Source: Candidatus Cloacimonadales bacterium (GTDB lineage Bacteria > Cloacimonadota > Cloacimonadia > Cloacimonadales > JAFGVF01). Taken from it: DNA of 64,000 nucleotides. The position numbers and the translations under genes are program-made. This document shows, piece after piece, positions 48,181 to 58,796 of the stretch. Position 1 is the stretch's first letter. Every line of letters starts with the position of its first letter. The notes under the pieces are model-generated. The model had not been told where the DNA came from. It saw only the letters and a program-made list of their open reading frames with translations, and did no database searches. Location: NCBI GenBank assembly GCA_963662585.1, contig OY759729.1:1088001-1152000 (forward strand), given 5' to 3'.

Positions 48181-48695
48181 TATGCCTCCTCAAGGGATTT
48201 TTTTCGTTTATTATCAAAAATTATTGCATCTATAGCAAAAATAATCATACCAATTACTATCATAGAATCAGCGACATTAAAAGTTGGCCATCTATCAAAA
48301 GAGTAGAACCAATTCCACTCTGAAGGAATCCTAGGATAAAGACTATCTAAGAAATCGGTAACTTTCCCAAAGACAACTCTGTCAATAAGATTACCGATTG
48401 CACCACCAAGAATTAAGCTGTAATAAAGCTTTTGAATTTTCGGTTGTTTAACTATTAAATAGACGAATACGCCGATTAGTAACAAAGTTAAGCTAATAAA
48501 TATCCAGCGAGAATTCTCTCCAAGAGAAAGACTAAAAGCCGCCCCATGGTTTTCAACATGAGTTAATCTAAAATAATCACCTATTACTTCTATTGATTGA
48601 TATAAAGGCATTTTTAATCTAACTATGTATTTAGATAGCTGGTCAACAACTATGATACAAAATGAGATTAGAAAATATTTCCAGCTTTGCTTCAT
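48180..48695 (-). CDS. lspA: Signal peptidase II
   Basis: DQLSK, NHGAAFS, GAIGNLIDR, VTDF, FNVAD. Confidence 0.95.
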   Translation of the reverse strand: MKQSWKYFLISFCIIVVDQLSKYIVRLKMPLYQSIEVIGDYFRLTHVENHGAAFSLSLGENSRWIFISLTLLLIGVFVYLIVKQPKIQKLYYSLILGGAIGNLIDRVVFGKVTDFLDSLYPRIPSEWNWFYSFDRWPTFNVADSMIVIGMIIFAIDAIIFDNKRKKSLEEA

Positions 48696-49105
48696 TGTTT
48701 TTTATTCTTATTCTTCTTTTTATTTTTCTCATCTTCAGCAGAACGGCATTCAATACAAAAGGCTGCATTAGGAACGATTTCCAAGCGTTTTGGTTGAATT
48801 CTTTTTCCACAAATTTCGCATATTCCGTAAGTTCCGTCATATATTCTTTTAAGGGCAACATTAAGTTTCTTTATATATTGATGTTCTTTTTCCATCATTA
48901 AAACCTGGTTTTCCCGATAATAGGTATCTGAACCATGATCAGCTTGATGAATAGCATAGGCAGAAGCATCACCTGAACTCTCTCTCACACTATCTTTTTG
49001 ATTATCATTAAGCTTGTTAATATAGTCAAGACTTTTCTGTCTTTCCTTTAACAATTTTTCTTCATATTCTTTTAACTCTTCTTTACTTAACATTTTATCT
49101 GACAT
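48692..49105 (-). CDS. TraR/DksA C4-type zinc-finger protein
   Basis: HQAD, ALKRI.DGTYGICEICG..I...RL..VP....CIEC. Confidence 0.9.
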   Translation of the reverse strand: MSDKMLSKEELKEYEEKLLKERQKSLDYINKLNDNQKDSVRESSGDASAYAIHQADHGSDTYYRENQVLMMEKEHQYIKKLNVALKRIYDGTYGICEICGKRIQPKRLEIVPNAAFCIECRSAEDEKNKKKNKNKKQ

Positions 49106-49168
49106 AAGAATTCTCCGCGTTTTTCTTAGAAACAATAATTAATTATATCTTAAAATTCTGTCAATGAA

Positions 49169-49981
49169 TTAAATATCTTTGACAAATTCAGAAATAAGTC
49201 TCTCTAAATTAGCTTTAGCAATATCTGCATTTTCTCTAATCTCTTCTTGGCTATGTTTAGCTTTATGGATGAGATTAGAGTAATTAGTCACAATTGAGAA
49301 AGCTAAAACTTTTAATCCACAATGAATTGCTGCGATAACTTCAGGAACAGTGGACATACCAACCACATCAGCTCCAATATTAGCAAAGAATTTACATTCT
49401 GATTTTGTTTCAAAACTAGGACCGCTGACTGCGATATAGACTCCATCTGAAACCTTTATTTTGTTATCTAGTGATATCATTTTAAGCTTGTTACGATACT
49501 CTTCGCAATAGGTATCATGCATAGAGACAAACCTTTCCCCTATAGTGTCATCATTTGGTCCTATAAGAGGGTTTGTTCCCATGAAATTTATATGATCTTT
49601 AAGCATAATAATACTTCCAGGTTTAAACTCTTCGCGTAAGCTACCTGCAGCATTAGTAACGATTAGAGTGTGAGCTCCAAGAGATTTGAGCACTCTGGTA
49701 GGAAAGACAACTTGTTCTAAAGAGTAGCCTTCATAATAGTGAAATCTTCCCTGTAAAACAATGACTTTCTTTCCCTTTAGAGTTCCTGCAATTAAATTAC
49801 CTTTATGACTTGGAGCAGTTGATTTTACAAATCCAGGAATCTCATGGTAAGGAATCACAATTTTATCAGAAACGAATTCTGCAAAGTTACTTAATCCTGT
49901 TCCTAAGATAATCCCTATTTCATAACCTAAACCAATTTTATCAGAAATATATTCTTTAGCCTTTTGAATCTGATTGTTCAC
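49169..49981 (-). CDS. punA: Purine-nucleoside phosphorylase (trimeric type)
   Basis: IILGTGL, QGRFHYYEG, TNAAG, GPSFET, VGMSTVPE. Confidence 0.93.
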   Translation of the reverse strand: MNNQIQKAKEYISDKIGLGYEIGIILGTGLSNFAEFVSDKIVIPYHEIPGFVKSTAPSHKGNLIAGTLKGKKVIVLQGRFHYYEGYSLEQVVFPTRVLKSLGAHTLIVTNAAGSLREEFKPGSIIMLKDHINFMGTNPLIGPNDDTIGERFVSMHDTYCEEYRNKLKMISLDNKIKVSDGVYIAVSGPSFETKSECKFFANIGADVVGMSTVPEVIAAIHCGLKVLAFSIVTNYSNLIHKAKHSQEEIRENADIAKANLERLISEFVKDI

Positions 49982-50540
49982 TTTTCCCCTCCTCTTGTGG
50001 ACTATTATCTGATTTTATTTTTTTCATTTCTGCTTGAACGCTTGTTTCATTTAATCTAGCAATTGCTGGGTCTTTTTCTATTCTTTCTAAGTAAGCTTTA
50101 AATTGGGATGCAGTTTGGAGCAGAAACATTCGTTTCTCTTCTTTAAGTTTAAGATATTGATAATCAAGTTGATTAAGAAAGTGACGAGCTTCGTTTATAG
50201 TTTTTTTAGCTTTAATTTCTGCTTCTCTGATAATGTTCTCGGCTTCTTTTCGAGCATTACTTATCATTTCTGCTTTAGCATTTTCAGCAAAAAGAAGAGT
50301 TTTTTGAATAAGTTCTTCTCTTCTTTTCAACTCATCAACTCCTTTCACAGCTTCTGTAGCTTTATGTGAGATAAACTCTTTCTCTTTGGTTTCTTTCTCT
50401 TTTGATTCGTTTTGAATCATTCTCTCTTGATAGATTTCATTAGCAACGAACTCAAGAAACTCTCTTACTTCTCGCTTACTGTATCCAAAAGTTTTAGTTG
50501 AAAACTCTTTATCTCTAATTTGGGGAATAGATATAGACAT
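49956..50540 (-). CDS. DivIVA-domain protein
   Basis: I..KEF....FGY...EV..FL plus coiled coil. Confidence 0.85.
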   Translation of the reverse strand: MSISIPQIRDKEFSTKTFGYSKREVREFLEFVANEIYQERMIQNESKEKETKEKEFISHKATEAVKGVDELKRREELIQKTLLFAENAKAEMISNARKEAENIIREAEIKAKKTINEARHFLNQLDYQYLKLKEEKRMFLLQTASQFKAYLERIEKDPAIARLNETSVQAEMKKIKSDNSPQEEGKSEQSDSKG

Positions 50541-50556
50541 TTTAATTCCTTATCAT

Positions 50557-50826
50557 TTAATGCATTAAGTTATTATAGACTAATTTTTCGATTAATTGAA
50601 GAATAATTAAGCCAATCATGGGTGAGAAATCCAATCCATAAGCAGGAGGAAAGAATTTCCTAAAGATATTCAAGTAGGGATCTGTTAATGAATCTACAAA
50701 GCTGAGCTTAGTTAGAAAGTAAGAGAATTTATTGCCCCTAGAGAAGTAGATCATAAAGCTTTTAAATACAGCAATAATTACCATAAATTCATAGATAACT
50801 AAAGCCCAGTATATTACTTTTCCCAT
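50557..50826 (-). CDS. YggT-family membrane protein
   Basis: TDPYL..FR...PP..GLDFSP. Confidence 0.9.
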   Translation of the reverse strand: MGKVIYWALVIYEFMVIIAVFKSFMIYFSRGNKFSYFLTKLSFVDSLTDPYLNIFRKFFPPAYGLDFSPMIGLIILQLIEKLVYNNLMH

Positions 50827-51386
50827 TAATCTAAAATCTCGTGACAGTTACGGCAACGAGCCTCATAAATCTCTTTAGAACCGACCAATATAGTGTCTGT
50901 ATCTTTAACTAATCTTTGTGTTCTAGTAGCTGGATTACCGCATTTTACGCAAATTGCTGAATTTTTAGTTATATATTCAGCGACTGCTAGCAATTTTGGC
51001 ATAGGACCAAAAGGCTGAGCTTTATAATCTTGGTCTAAGCCTGCGACTATAACTCTTTTACCATCATTAGCTAATTTATTACAGATTTCAATAACATCGT
51101 CTGAAAAGAACTGTACTTCGTCTATGGCAACTACTTGAGTATCTTCTTCAACTAGTTCTAAAACTTCATTAATATCTTCGATCTTGGTGGAAGGAGCTTT
51201 CATCATTGAATGAGAAACAATATAATCATCTTCATACCTATTATCAATTTTAGGTTTAAATATCTGAACTTTCTGTTTGGCATATTCAGACCTTCTGATT
51301 CTTCTAATCAGTTCTTCAGTCTTACCGCTAAACATGCTACCAGTTATAACTTCTATCCATCCAGTTTTACTATGAATTACATTCAT
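50826..51386 (-). CDS. tdk: Thymidine kinase
   Basis: [33 protein letters not shown]. Confidence 0.95.
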   Translation of the reverse strand: MNVIHSKTGWIEVITGSMFSGKTEELIRRIRRSEYAKQKVQIFKPKIDNRYEDDYIVSHSMMKAPSTKIEDINEVLELVEEDTQVVAIDEVQFFSDDVIEICNKLANDGKRVIVAGLDQDYKAQPFGPMPKLLAVAEYITKNSAICVKCGNPATRTQRLVKDTDTILVGSKEIYEARCRNCHEILD

Positions 51387-51424
51387 AATTGCATCCCCTT
51401 TCTTCAAATTATGGGCTATCTATT

Positions 51425-53908
51425 CTATTTTACTACAATACTAACTAATTTCTTCTTAACAACAATTATTTTCTTGATTTCTTTATCTTCAATGAATCTT
51501 GCTACATTTTCTAATGCCAAAGCCATTTCTTTAATCTCTTCATCTGTAGTTGAGAGTGAAACTTCTAATTTCCCACGAAGCTTTCCATTAACCTGAACTA
51601 CATAAGTAACCTCATCTTTAACAAGATAAAGAGGATTATAAGGGGGTAGACCACTTTCGTGAATCATCCCTTTTTGATCTATCATACTCCAAACTTCTTC
51701 ACTAACATGAGGAGCAAATGGATAGATAAGTCTGAACATAACAGCATTAGCTTCTGCAAAGATAATCTTATCATTAGCAGTCATATTCTCAGTGTCTTTC
51801 ACACTGGCAACATTATTAAGATGTTCCATAATAGCAGCAATAGCAGTATTAAATTGCAATTTTTCTTCTATATCTTCGTGCCATTTCTTAATCATAGTGT
51901 GAGTAGAGAATCTAAGCTCTTTCATTTCTTTAGATATTTCTATATCTGGAGAATATGTTTTATAATTATCTTTAATTAAATCTCTATACTTATCAGCTTG
52001 TCTATAGACTCGGTTGAGGAATCTAAAAGCACCTACAACTCCGTCATCACTCCAATCCACATCTTTTTCAGGTGGTGAAGCAAAAAGCATAAAAACTCTA
52101 ATTGCATCTGAACCGTATCTATCAATATATGGCTGTGGATCAACTCCGTTGCCTTTAGATTTTGACATCTTGGTTCCTAAGTTGCAGACCATACCTTGAG
52201 TAAGAAGTCTTGCAAATGGTTCATCACCTTTTACTAATCCGATATCTCTCATAAATTTATGGAAGAATCTAGCATAAATAAGGTGCATACAAGCATGTTC
52301 GATACCACCAATATATTGGTCAACTGGCAACCACTTCTCAGCTACTTCAGGAGAGAAAGGCATATTGGTATTTTTAGGATCTGTATAACGGGCATAATAC
52401 CATGAACTATCCACAAAAGTATCCATTGTATCGGTCTCTCTACGAGCAGCTCCTCCACATTTAGGGCAAGAAGTATTTACCCATTCTGATACAGAAAGAA
52501 GAGGGTTTTGGGTAGTTTTACCTACCTGAACATTTTCTGGAAGTCTTACTGGTAAATCTTCATCAGGAACCAAGACAACACCGCATTTTTCACAATGAAC
52601 TACAGGAATTGGATTTCCCCAATATCTTTGACGAGAGACACCCCAATCACGCAAGCGATAAGTAGTAGTCATTTTACCCATCTTATTTTCATCGATCCAA
52701 GCAGAGATTTCCTCTTTAGCACTTAGGCTTTCTTTATCATTAAATTTATCTGAATTAACCAATATTCCAGCTTCTACAAAAGCTTCAGTCATTTCTTCAA
52801 GTACAAGACTTTTGTCTTCATTTTGAATAACTATTTTAAGAGGTATATCATACTTCTTAGCAAATTCAAAATCTCTTTGATCATGAGCAGGAACAGCCAT
52901 AACTGCACCAGTTCCATAATCCATAAGTACATAGTTGGTTACCCAGATTTGAACTCTATCACCATTTACAGGATTAAGACAGTACTTACCAGTAAAGAAG
53001 CCCTCTTTAGTTTGTTCAGTAGAACCTCTCTCTTTTTTATCTTCATTAATTACTTTTTCACAAAAGTCATTTAATTCTGTATTATCAGGATTTTCTTTCA
53101 ATAAATTTCTAATATATTCGTGTTCTGGAGGAAGAGCCATAAAAGTAACACCAAAGATAGTATCAGGTCGTGTAGTAAAGACTTTTATAGTCTCTTTAGT
53201 TGTCTCTTCTATAAAGTCAATTTCAGTACCATGACTTCTGCCTATCCAGTTTTTCTGCATAGTAATAACTCTTTCTGGCCAATCTATCATTTTAGAGAAA
53301 TCTAATAGTTCTTCAGCATAATCAGTGATTTTGAAGTACCACTGTTCCATCTCTTTTTGTCTTACCAGTGAGCCGTCACGCCAGCATTTTCCATCTTCAA
53401 CTTGTTCATTTGCTAGTACTGTTTGGCACTCATCGCACCAATTCACAAAGGAAGTCTTTTTATAGACCAATCCTTTTTCATAAAGTCTTTTAAAAAGCCA
53501 TTGTCCCCAACGATAATATTCTGGGGTTGAGGTCGCGACAGTTCTTTCCCAATCAAAGCCAAATCCCATAGCAGTCAATTGACCTTGCATAATAGCCATA
53601 TTGCTTTCTGTGGCTAAGCGTGGGTGAGTATTATGTTGTATAGCAAAATTCTCTGCAGGCATACCAAAAGAATCATAACCCATTGGTTGGAGGACATTAT
53701 AACCCTGCATCATTTTATAGCGTGATATTGCATCACCAATTGAATAATTAGAGACATGACCCATGTGTAACACTCCCGAAGGATAAGGGAACATAGATAA
53801 GACAAAATAATTCTCTTTGCCTTCTACTTGGTTCTCTGCGTTAAACACTCTTTCTTTTTTCCATACATCTTGCCATTTCTTCTCAAATACTTCAAATGGG
53901 TATTCCAT
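51425..53908 (-). CDS. leuS: Leucine--tRNA ligase
   Basis: MFPYPSG.LHMGH, KMSKS, GTGAVMAVPAHD. Confidence 0.98.
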   Translation of the reverse strand: MEYPFEVFEKKWQDVWKKERVFNAENQVEGKENYFVLSMFPYPSGVLHMGHVSNYSIGDAISRYKMMQGYNVLQPMGYDSFGMPAENFAIQHNTHPRLATESNMAIMQGQLTAMGFGFDWERTVATSTPEYYRWGQWLFKRLYEKGLVYKKTSFVNWCDECQTVLANEQVEDGKCWRDGSLVRQKEMEQWYFKITDYAEELLDFSKMIDWPERVITMQKNWIGRSHGTEIDFIEETTKETIKVFTTRPDTIFGVTFMALPPEHEYIRNLLKENPDNTELNDFCEKVINEDKKERGSTEQTKEGFFTGKYCLNPVNGDRVQIWVTNYVLMDYGTGAVMAVPAHDQRDFEFAKKYDIPLKIVIQNEDKSLVLEEMTEAFVEAGILVNSDKFNDKESLSAKEEISAWIDENKMGKMTTTYRLRDWGVSRQRYWGNPIPVVHCEKCGVVLVPDEDLPVRLPENVQVGKTTQNPLLSVSEWVNTSCPKCGGAARRETDTMDTFVDSSWYYARYTDPKNTNMPFSPEVAEKWLPVDQYIGGIEHACMHLIYARFFHKFMRDIGLVKGDEPFARLLTQGMVCNLGTKMSKSKGNGVDPQPYIDRYGSDAIRVFMLFASPPEKDVDWSDDGVVGAFRFLNRVYRQADKYRDLIKDNYKTYSPDIEISKEMKELRFSTHTMIKKWHEDIEEKLQFNTAIAAIMEHLNNVASVKDTENMTANDKIIFAEANAVMFRLIYPFAPHVSEEVWSMIDQKGMIHESGLPPYNPLYLVKDEVTYVVQVNGKLRGKLEVSLSTTDEEIKEMALALENVARFIEDKEIKKIIVVKKKLVSIVVK

Positions 53909-54140
53909 ATCATCCTCTCGTTAAAATTATTTTCAATTTACTATAATTTCTAACAAGCTGATATCAGTCAATCTTATTTTTATTTTTATCCTGAGAAAGT
54001 TTTCTTTGGAGCTAATTATTAGCTAAAAAAATAGCTTCTATTTAAAAATAATCTAGATATATTATTAAAATTTGTAACTCTTCTATCATACGAACTTGAA
54101 CAAAACCGCATTATTTAGCCTAAATTTACTCCTAAAGATA

Positions 54141-54167
54141 AAGCCCCGTCATAATAACAGGGCTTTT
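54141..54167. terminator. Hairpin terminator downstream of the C25 gene
   Basis: AAGCCCCGT...ACAGGGCTT. Confidence 0.6.
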
Positions 54168-54201
54168 TAAACATTTGTCCTTATGCCACTCAGGCTAAAA
54201 G

Positions 54202-57200
54202 TTATTTTAGCATAATAGCTTTTTTAGTACTTATAAACTCATCAGTCACCATTCTGTAGAGATAAATTCCTGATGATACAACTTGGTTATTATCATCTAA
54301 ACCATTCCAAACTACATTATGAATTCCTTGTGAATATTTGTCAGAAACTAAAGTTCTAACCTTCTGTCCTTTAACATTATAAATAATGATAGAGACATCA
54401 CTACTTTTATTCAATGAGAAATTGATATTAGTAGTTGGGTTGAATGGATTTGGGTTATTTTGAGAAAGAGAATTCACAAAAAGAACTTGCACATCATTGG
54501 CAACAGCGACATTCACATTCCAACTAACAACAACTGATACATCTGAGTCTGTAGTAATTGCATAGCATTTAACTGAATATTCACCAACATTAGGAAATAC
54601 ATAATTAAGTGTATCAGTAACTTGGTTTTCTAGCTCTTCATTATTTATTTTCCATTTATAAGATAAAGCAGAATCAATATCAATAACTGAAATACTAAAG
54701 GTGATGTGATTTGTATTAGAATCAAAATTAGTATTTTCAGGGATTTTTGCTACTAAATAAGGTCTATCATCTACAGGAGTAACCGTTAGTAAGAAAGATA
54801 CTTCGGCAGAATAATCATTAATTCCATCGTTAGCAGAGATAGTGACAGTTTCAAATCCATTCCAATCCTGAACGGAAGTGATAGTTAAATAACCTGCTTC
54901 ATCAACCTCAAAGAATAAGTTCTCGGTATCAGAGAAAGTAAACTCTATATCATCGTTATTGGGGTCTCTAAAGATATTAAATAAGTTGATAGTGTTATCA
55001 GAACTATCTTCTTCAAAAATAATATCATTAGGTTGTGTTATTACAAGTGGTGGTAATTGCCCAATTTTTGTTGTAATGAATAAAGCTAGCTCATTTTCTA
55101 AAGGTCTTGCTGCTTGAGGATATTGATTATTATAGGTATATTCTAAACCGACCCTAGCAGTATGATCCTCAATACCAACAGTAGTATATTGTCCATGTTG
55201 ATAGTCTACACCGAAGTCAACATTATTGACTACCTTATACTGAATTTTAATTGGACCATCTCCAGTGGAAGAGTTGTGGAATTCAGGGTCATAGAGAATA
55301 ACTTGAAAGGTTTCTTCTGCTGAATCATAATGAAAAATCCTCCAATCATCCCAAGTGATAACAAAGCAGTTTTCTGTCTCATCATAAGAAATAAAGACTT
55401 GGCTAGAAGCAATCGCATAGAGATTATCCCAGAAAGGAGTTATCATAGGTGAGGGACCTAGAGGACCTGGTAATCTCCAATTTCTAAAGGTTGTTTGTTC
55501 AGTTTGCCCCATAGCAACCCAGCCATTACTACAAAGGGAGATTTGGTCATAATCTCTACCATAGAATTTAAAGGTAAAAGGTAAAGCAAGAGTCACCACT
55601 TGTTGAGAGTCATTGCCATTGTCTTGAAGAAGTGATGCTATAGCTTGGCCATCGCCTCCAAGCTCTGGATCTAGCTCTATCCAATCATATACAGGACAAT
55701 CCTCATATTCAGTATCATAAGAATCAAAGATATAATATCCGTAGGCATCAGGCCCCAAAGGATCTGTAATAGATGCCTGACCAATCTGAAGATTAAAGTA
55801 GCATTCTGTTTCAAAACCTGAATCATTTATATTCACTAGCATTGGCACTAATTCACCAGGTATAAAGTCACTAGAAGCAATAACACTAAAAGTCATCGTT
55901 GTATTTGCTCCACTGGGCATGTTGCCAATGTGCACAAGAGGAGAGTTTACTGTAAGTCTACTATCCAAAGAAGTTAGAGTTGCATTAGCCGATATTAAAT
56001 CTGCAGAACCCAAATTAACAAGCTGGACATTTAACTGAGATACTTCTCTTTGATAGAAATCTGTATTGCTTAAAGTATAGTCTAATACTTCAATGATAGG
56101 GCTTTGAGTAGGGATTAAAATTTGTCTTTCCCAACTATAAGAATCATTTGATAAAATAATCTTCAGAGCTATATCATTTTCAAAAGCTCTATTAGCAACT
56201 AAAAACTCAAAGCAGTCACTATTTTCTGTACTTTGGGATGACATGATATCACCATAGACCACTTGATTTGTCGTAACAGCAAGGCCATTTGTGTTAGCTA
56301 TAATTCTTCCACTAATATCCGTAACATCAGCACTTCCAGCATTAGTTACTTCAATTTTAAGAGAATATGTCATTCCTGGAGAAGCATATTCTACCTCACT
56401 AGCTCCATGAAATAGAGTGATCGCGGTAGCATTCAAGCTTGGTCCTTCTAAACCAAAGTTAATATCAAATTGTTGAGGCTGATATCCTTCCTTAGATAGG
56501 GTCAAAAGCCCTTGTCCTTGTACATTTTCTGGAATATCAAAGAATACTTCACCATGGAAGTCAGTATAAGCAGTAAAATAATCATCAGCAATTTTAAGAG
56601 TAGCCCAGACATCATCTAAGGCTAAGTTATTTTCATGAGTTTTTACCTTGTATTGGTTACTTCCTAATGCAACATTCTCAAGACAATCTGTTTGAAAGAA
56701 TTTTGGACTTGCTTTATAGACTCTTAAAGCTGAATCTCCCATCAGATTACATACAGTAGAATGTAATAGATACATATTAAAATTAGATGACCCATAAGCT
56801 TGCCAGAGATAGTGTTTACCTCTGTTAACAGCAGCTCCCATTGTCCAACCACCTTCAGAAAAGAGATAGCCCATTATTCCACCATCTAGACAATTTGTAA
56901 AAGTAGTATGAGTAACTCCACTGGCTAAACCAACAGCACAAACAGCACCAGTCGGCTCGGTTACTGAGCCTGCCTTAACAATTTCTTCTGTTCTTGAGGA
57001 ACCATCATAGAAACTACCTGTATTTGCAGTAAGAATTAAAGCAATTGTTAATTTATCAATATTGCTTAGACTAGAGATTTGAGAGTTATTCCAACCATCC
57101 ATACCTTCTAAACCACGATAATTCCAAAATCCAACACCTAAATTTAGTGCATCAGTAATTAGAGAAGGGGTTATCCAATAACCATAATGTTCGATAAAAG

Positions 57201-58410
57201 AAGAATCTTCATTATAATCATTCATTATTTCTTTGATATATAAATTAGTTATCACTGTTGATTCTCCTGATCGTTCTGTTTTTCCTACCAACAAAGCTTT
57301 AGTATAATAAGATGGGTCAAGAGTAACAGTAGCTTTTTCATATTGTATAGTTTTGGAAACAATGACATCAAGTTCATTACTTGTATTAATAGAAATTCTA
57401 CCTATAAAGATATCTTCTAACTCATCGTTCCCATCAAGCAAAGCGTAATAATGGTCTCCTCCTGCAATATCCTCAGGATGTTCAGAATCAAAGTTGTAAG
57501 GCAAGAAGCTAGTAGGAATGATAAACATCCCAGAAGTATCTCCAATAAAGGTAACATAAGCTGGGGGATTTTCCCAGTTAAGATAGGCATTATGAATATA
57601 GCTTTTAATGTCTTGATCATCGTATCCAGTCACATTCGTACTAGCACTATAGACCGTCCACCCTTGTTCTCTTCTCCAATTAAATAAGTCTTCCAAAGCT
57701 GAAGAACTTTCTAGACCTGAAGCATAGATATAGAGAATAGTTGGATTTTGATAATCATCTCTGCTCTTTACTTCTTTATAATTTAAAACTGTAGAGGCGA
57801 AGAAGTTTTCAAAAGATCTATCAGTTTTCATAAATGATCTAGTAATTTCATTTACTGATGGTTGGTCTTCAATAGTAATTAGAATTTCAGCTTTTGTGAT
57901 AACTTCTAAGGTATTACTAGCATCATTGTATCTAAAAGGATTAACGACAAAGCTAACCAATCTCTTATTTCTTAAGATAGCTGGCTCTCCGATTTGAACC
58001 CTGTTAATTGGATAATATATATCTTTAGTGTAAACAGAGTTGTCAAAAGTTATTGCTTTTAGTTCACTTCCCCTAAATGGTTTAATCTTAATATCTTTGA
58101 TAAGTTCAGATTCGACTACCCTAAGTTCAATAGTAGGTTTTCCTGTGTTAGGAATTTCAATTGTTGATGAATAAAAAGGAAGTTCTGGAGCTCCAACTTC
58201 AATAGTAACAGTAGGAACTTGGCTACTAACATAATCATATTCTGTATTTCCAATCATCTCTTGCTTAATTTGATAATCAGGGTTGTTAAAGAGAATGTTC
58301 AAGTTGGAACGGCTTTCATTCTCAACACGAAATTGTCCAAAAGCCAAGGCAGGTATCAATATCAATATCAAGCCTAGCAATAAACCAAAACAGTTATTTT
58401 TCTGACTCAT
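54202..58410 (-). CDS. Gingipain-like C25-family protein with propeptide, accessory domains and FlgD-Ig C-terminal domain
   Basis: GAPELP propeptide; YVTFIGD, DHYY..LDG.D...DIFIGRIS, NLMGD; GPDAYGY; NNPNPFNPTT...KAIMLK. Confidence 0.85.
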   Translation of the reverse strand: MSQKNNCFGLLLGLILILIPALAFGQFRVENESRSNLNILFNNPDYQIKQEMIGNTEYDYVSSQVPTVTIEVGAPELPFYSSTIEIPNTGKPTIELRVVESELIKDIKIKPFRGSELKAITFDNSVYTKDIYYPINRVQIGEPAILRNKRLVSFVVNPFRYNDASNTLEVITKAEILITIEDQPSVNEITRSFMKTDRSFENFFASTVLNYKEVKSRDDYQNPTILYIYASGLESSSALEDLFNWRREQGWTVYSASTNVTGYDDQDIKSYIHNAYLNWENPPAYVTFIGDTSGMFIIPTSFLPYNFDSEHPEDIAGGDHYYALLDGNDELEDIFIGRISINTSNELDVIVSKTIQYEKATVTLDPSYYTKALLVGKTERSGESTVITNLYIKEIMNDYNEDSSFIEHYGYWITPSLITDALNLGVGFWNYRGLEGMDGWNNSQISSLSNIDKLTIALILTANTGSFYDGSSRTEEIVKAGSVTEPTGAVCAVGLASGVTHTTFTNCLDGGIMGYLFSEGGWTMGAAVNRGKHYLWQAYGSSNFNMYLLHSTVCNLMGDSALRVYKASPKFFQTDCLENVALGSNQYKVKTHENNLALDDVWATLKIADDYFTAYTDFHGEVFFDIPENVQGQGLLTLSKEGYQPQQFDINFGLEGPSLNATAITLFHGASEVEYASPGMTYSLKIEVTNAGSADVTDISGRIIANTNGLAVTTNQVVYGDIMSSQSTENSDCFEFLVANRAFENDIALKIILSNDSYSWERQILIPTQSPIIEVLDYTLSNTDFYQREVSQLNVQLVNLGSADLISANATLTSLDSRLTVNSPLVHIGNMPSGANTTMTFSVIASSDFIPGELVPMLVNINDSGFETECYFNLQIGQASITDPLGPDAYGYYIFDSYDTEYEDCPVYDWIELDPELGGDGQAIASLLQDNGNDSQQVVTLALPFTFKFYGRDYDQISLCSNGWVAMGQTEQTTFRNWRLPGPLGPSPMITPFWDNLYAIASSQVFISYDETENCFVITWDDWRIFHYDSAEETFQVILYDPEFHNSSTGDGPIKIQYKVVNNVDFGVDYQHGQYTTVGIEDHTARVGLEYTYNNQYPQAARPLENELALFITTKIGQLPPLVITQPNDIIFEEDSSDNTINLFNIFRDPNNDDIEFTFSDTENLFFEVDEAGYLTITSVQDWNGFETVTISANDGINDYSAEVSFLLTVTPVDDRPYLVAKIPENTNFDSNTNHITFSISVIDIDSALSYKWKINNEELENQVTDTLNYVFPNVGEYSVKCYAITTDSDVSVVVSWNVNVAVANDVQVLFVNSLSQNNPNPFNPTTNINFSLNKSSDVSIIIYNVKGQKVRTLVSDKYSQGIHNVVWNGLDDNNQVVSSGIYLYRMVTDEFISTKKAIMLK

Positions 58411-58796
58411 ACATTACCTCTCTTAGTGGTGTTGGTAAATATTTTCAGTTCAAATATCAGTTCAAGACACTCTTTGTTGTCAGCTAAACTGGGCATCCAC
58501 GATAATTGTATTTTATGTAATTTCTATTCCACAAAATGCATTTTTTACTATGATTACTATTTTTTGAATGCTGGCTATTATTTACACACTTGCAATGATA
58601 ATTTAGAAGGATCGAAGAAGACTCAGCAAATTTACAGTTTATATCTTTCTATTAGTCAATTTAGGGTGAAAGATGTATCTGCTATTTAAAATAAAGAACA
58701 AGATAACATCTAATTTTAATAAGGTATTTCGTAGGTAAGGGTGCATGCAATCCGGCAGAATAGTTCTTAATCGTCTTTTAGAATGTGAAAAATATT

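Noticed and set aside
1041..57687. Numerous short ORFs overlapping long genes (e.g. 5212, 7821, 26484, 38588, 44135, 51210)
   Set aside because: Antisense or alternate-frame shadows of well-supported genes.
58426..58689. 87-aa ORF divergent from the C25 gene
   Set aside because: No RBS or motif; overlaps the expected promoter region of the C25 gene.
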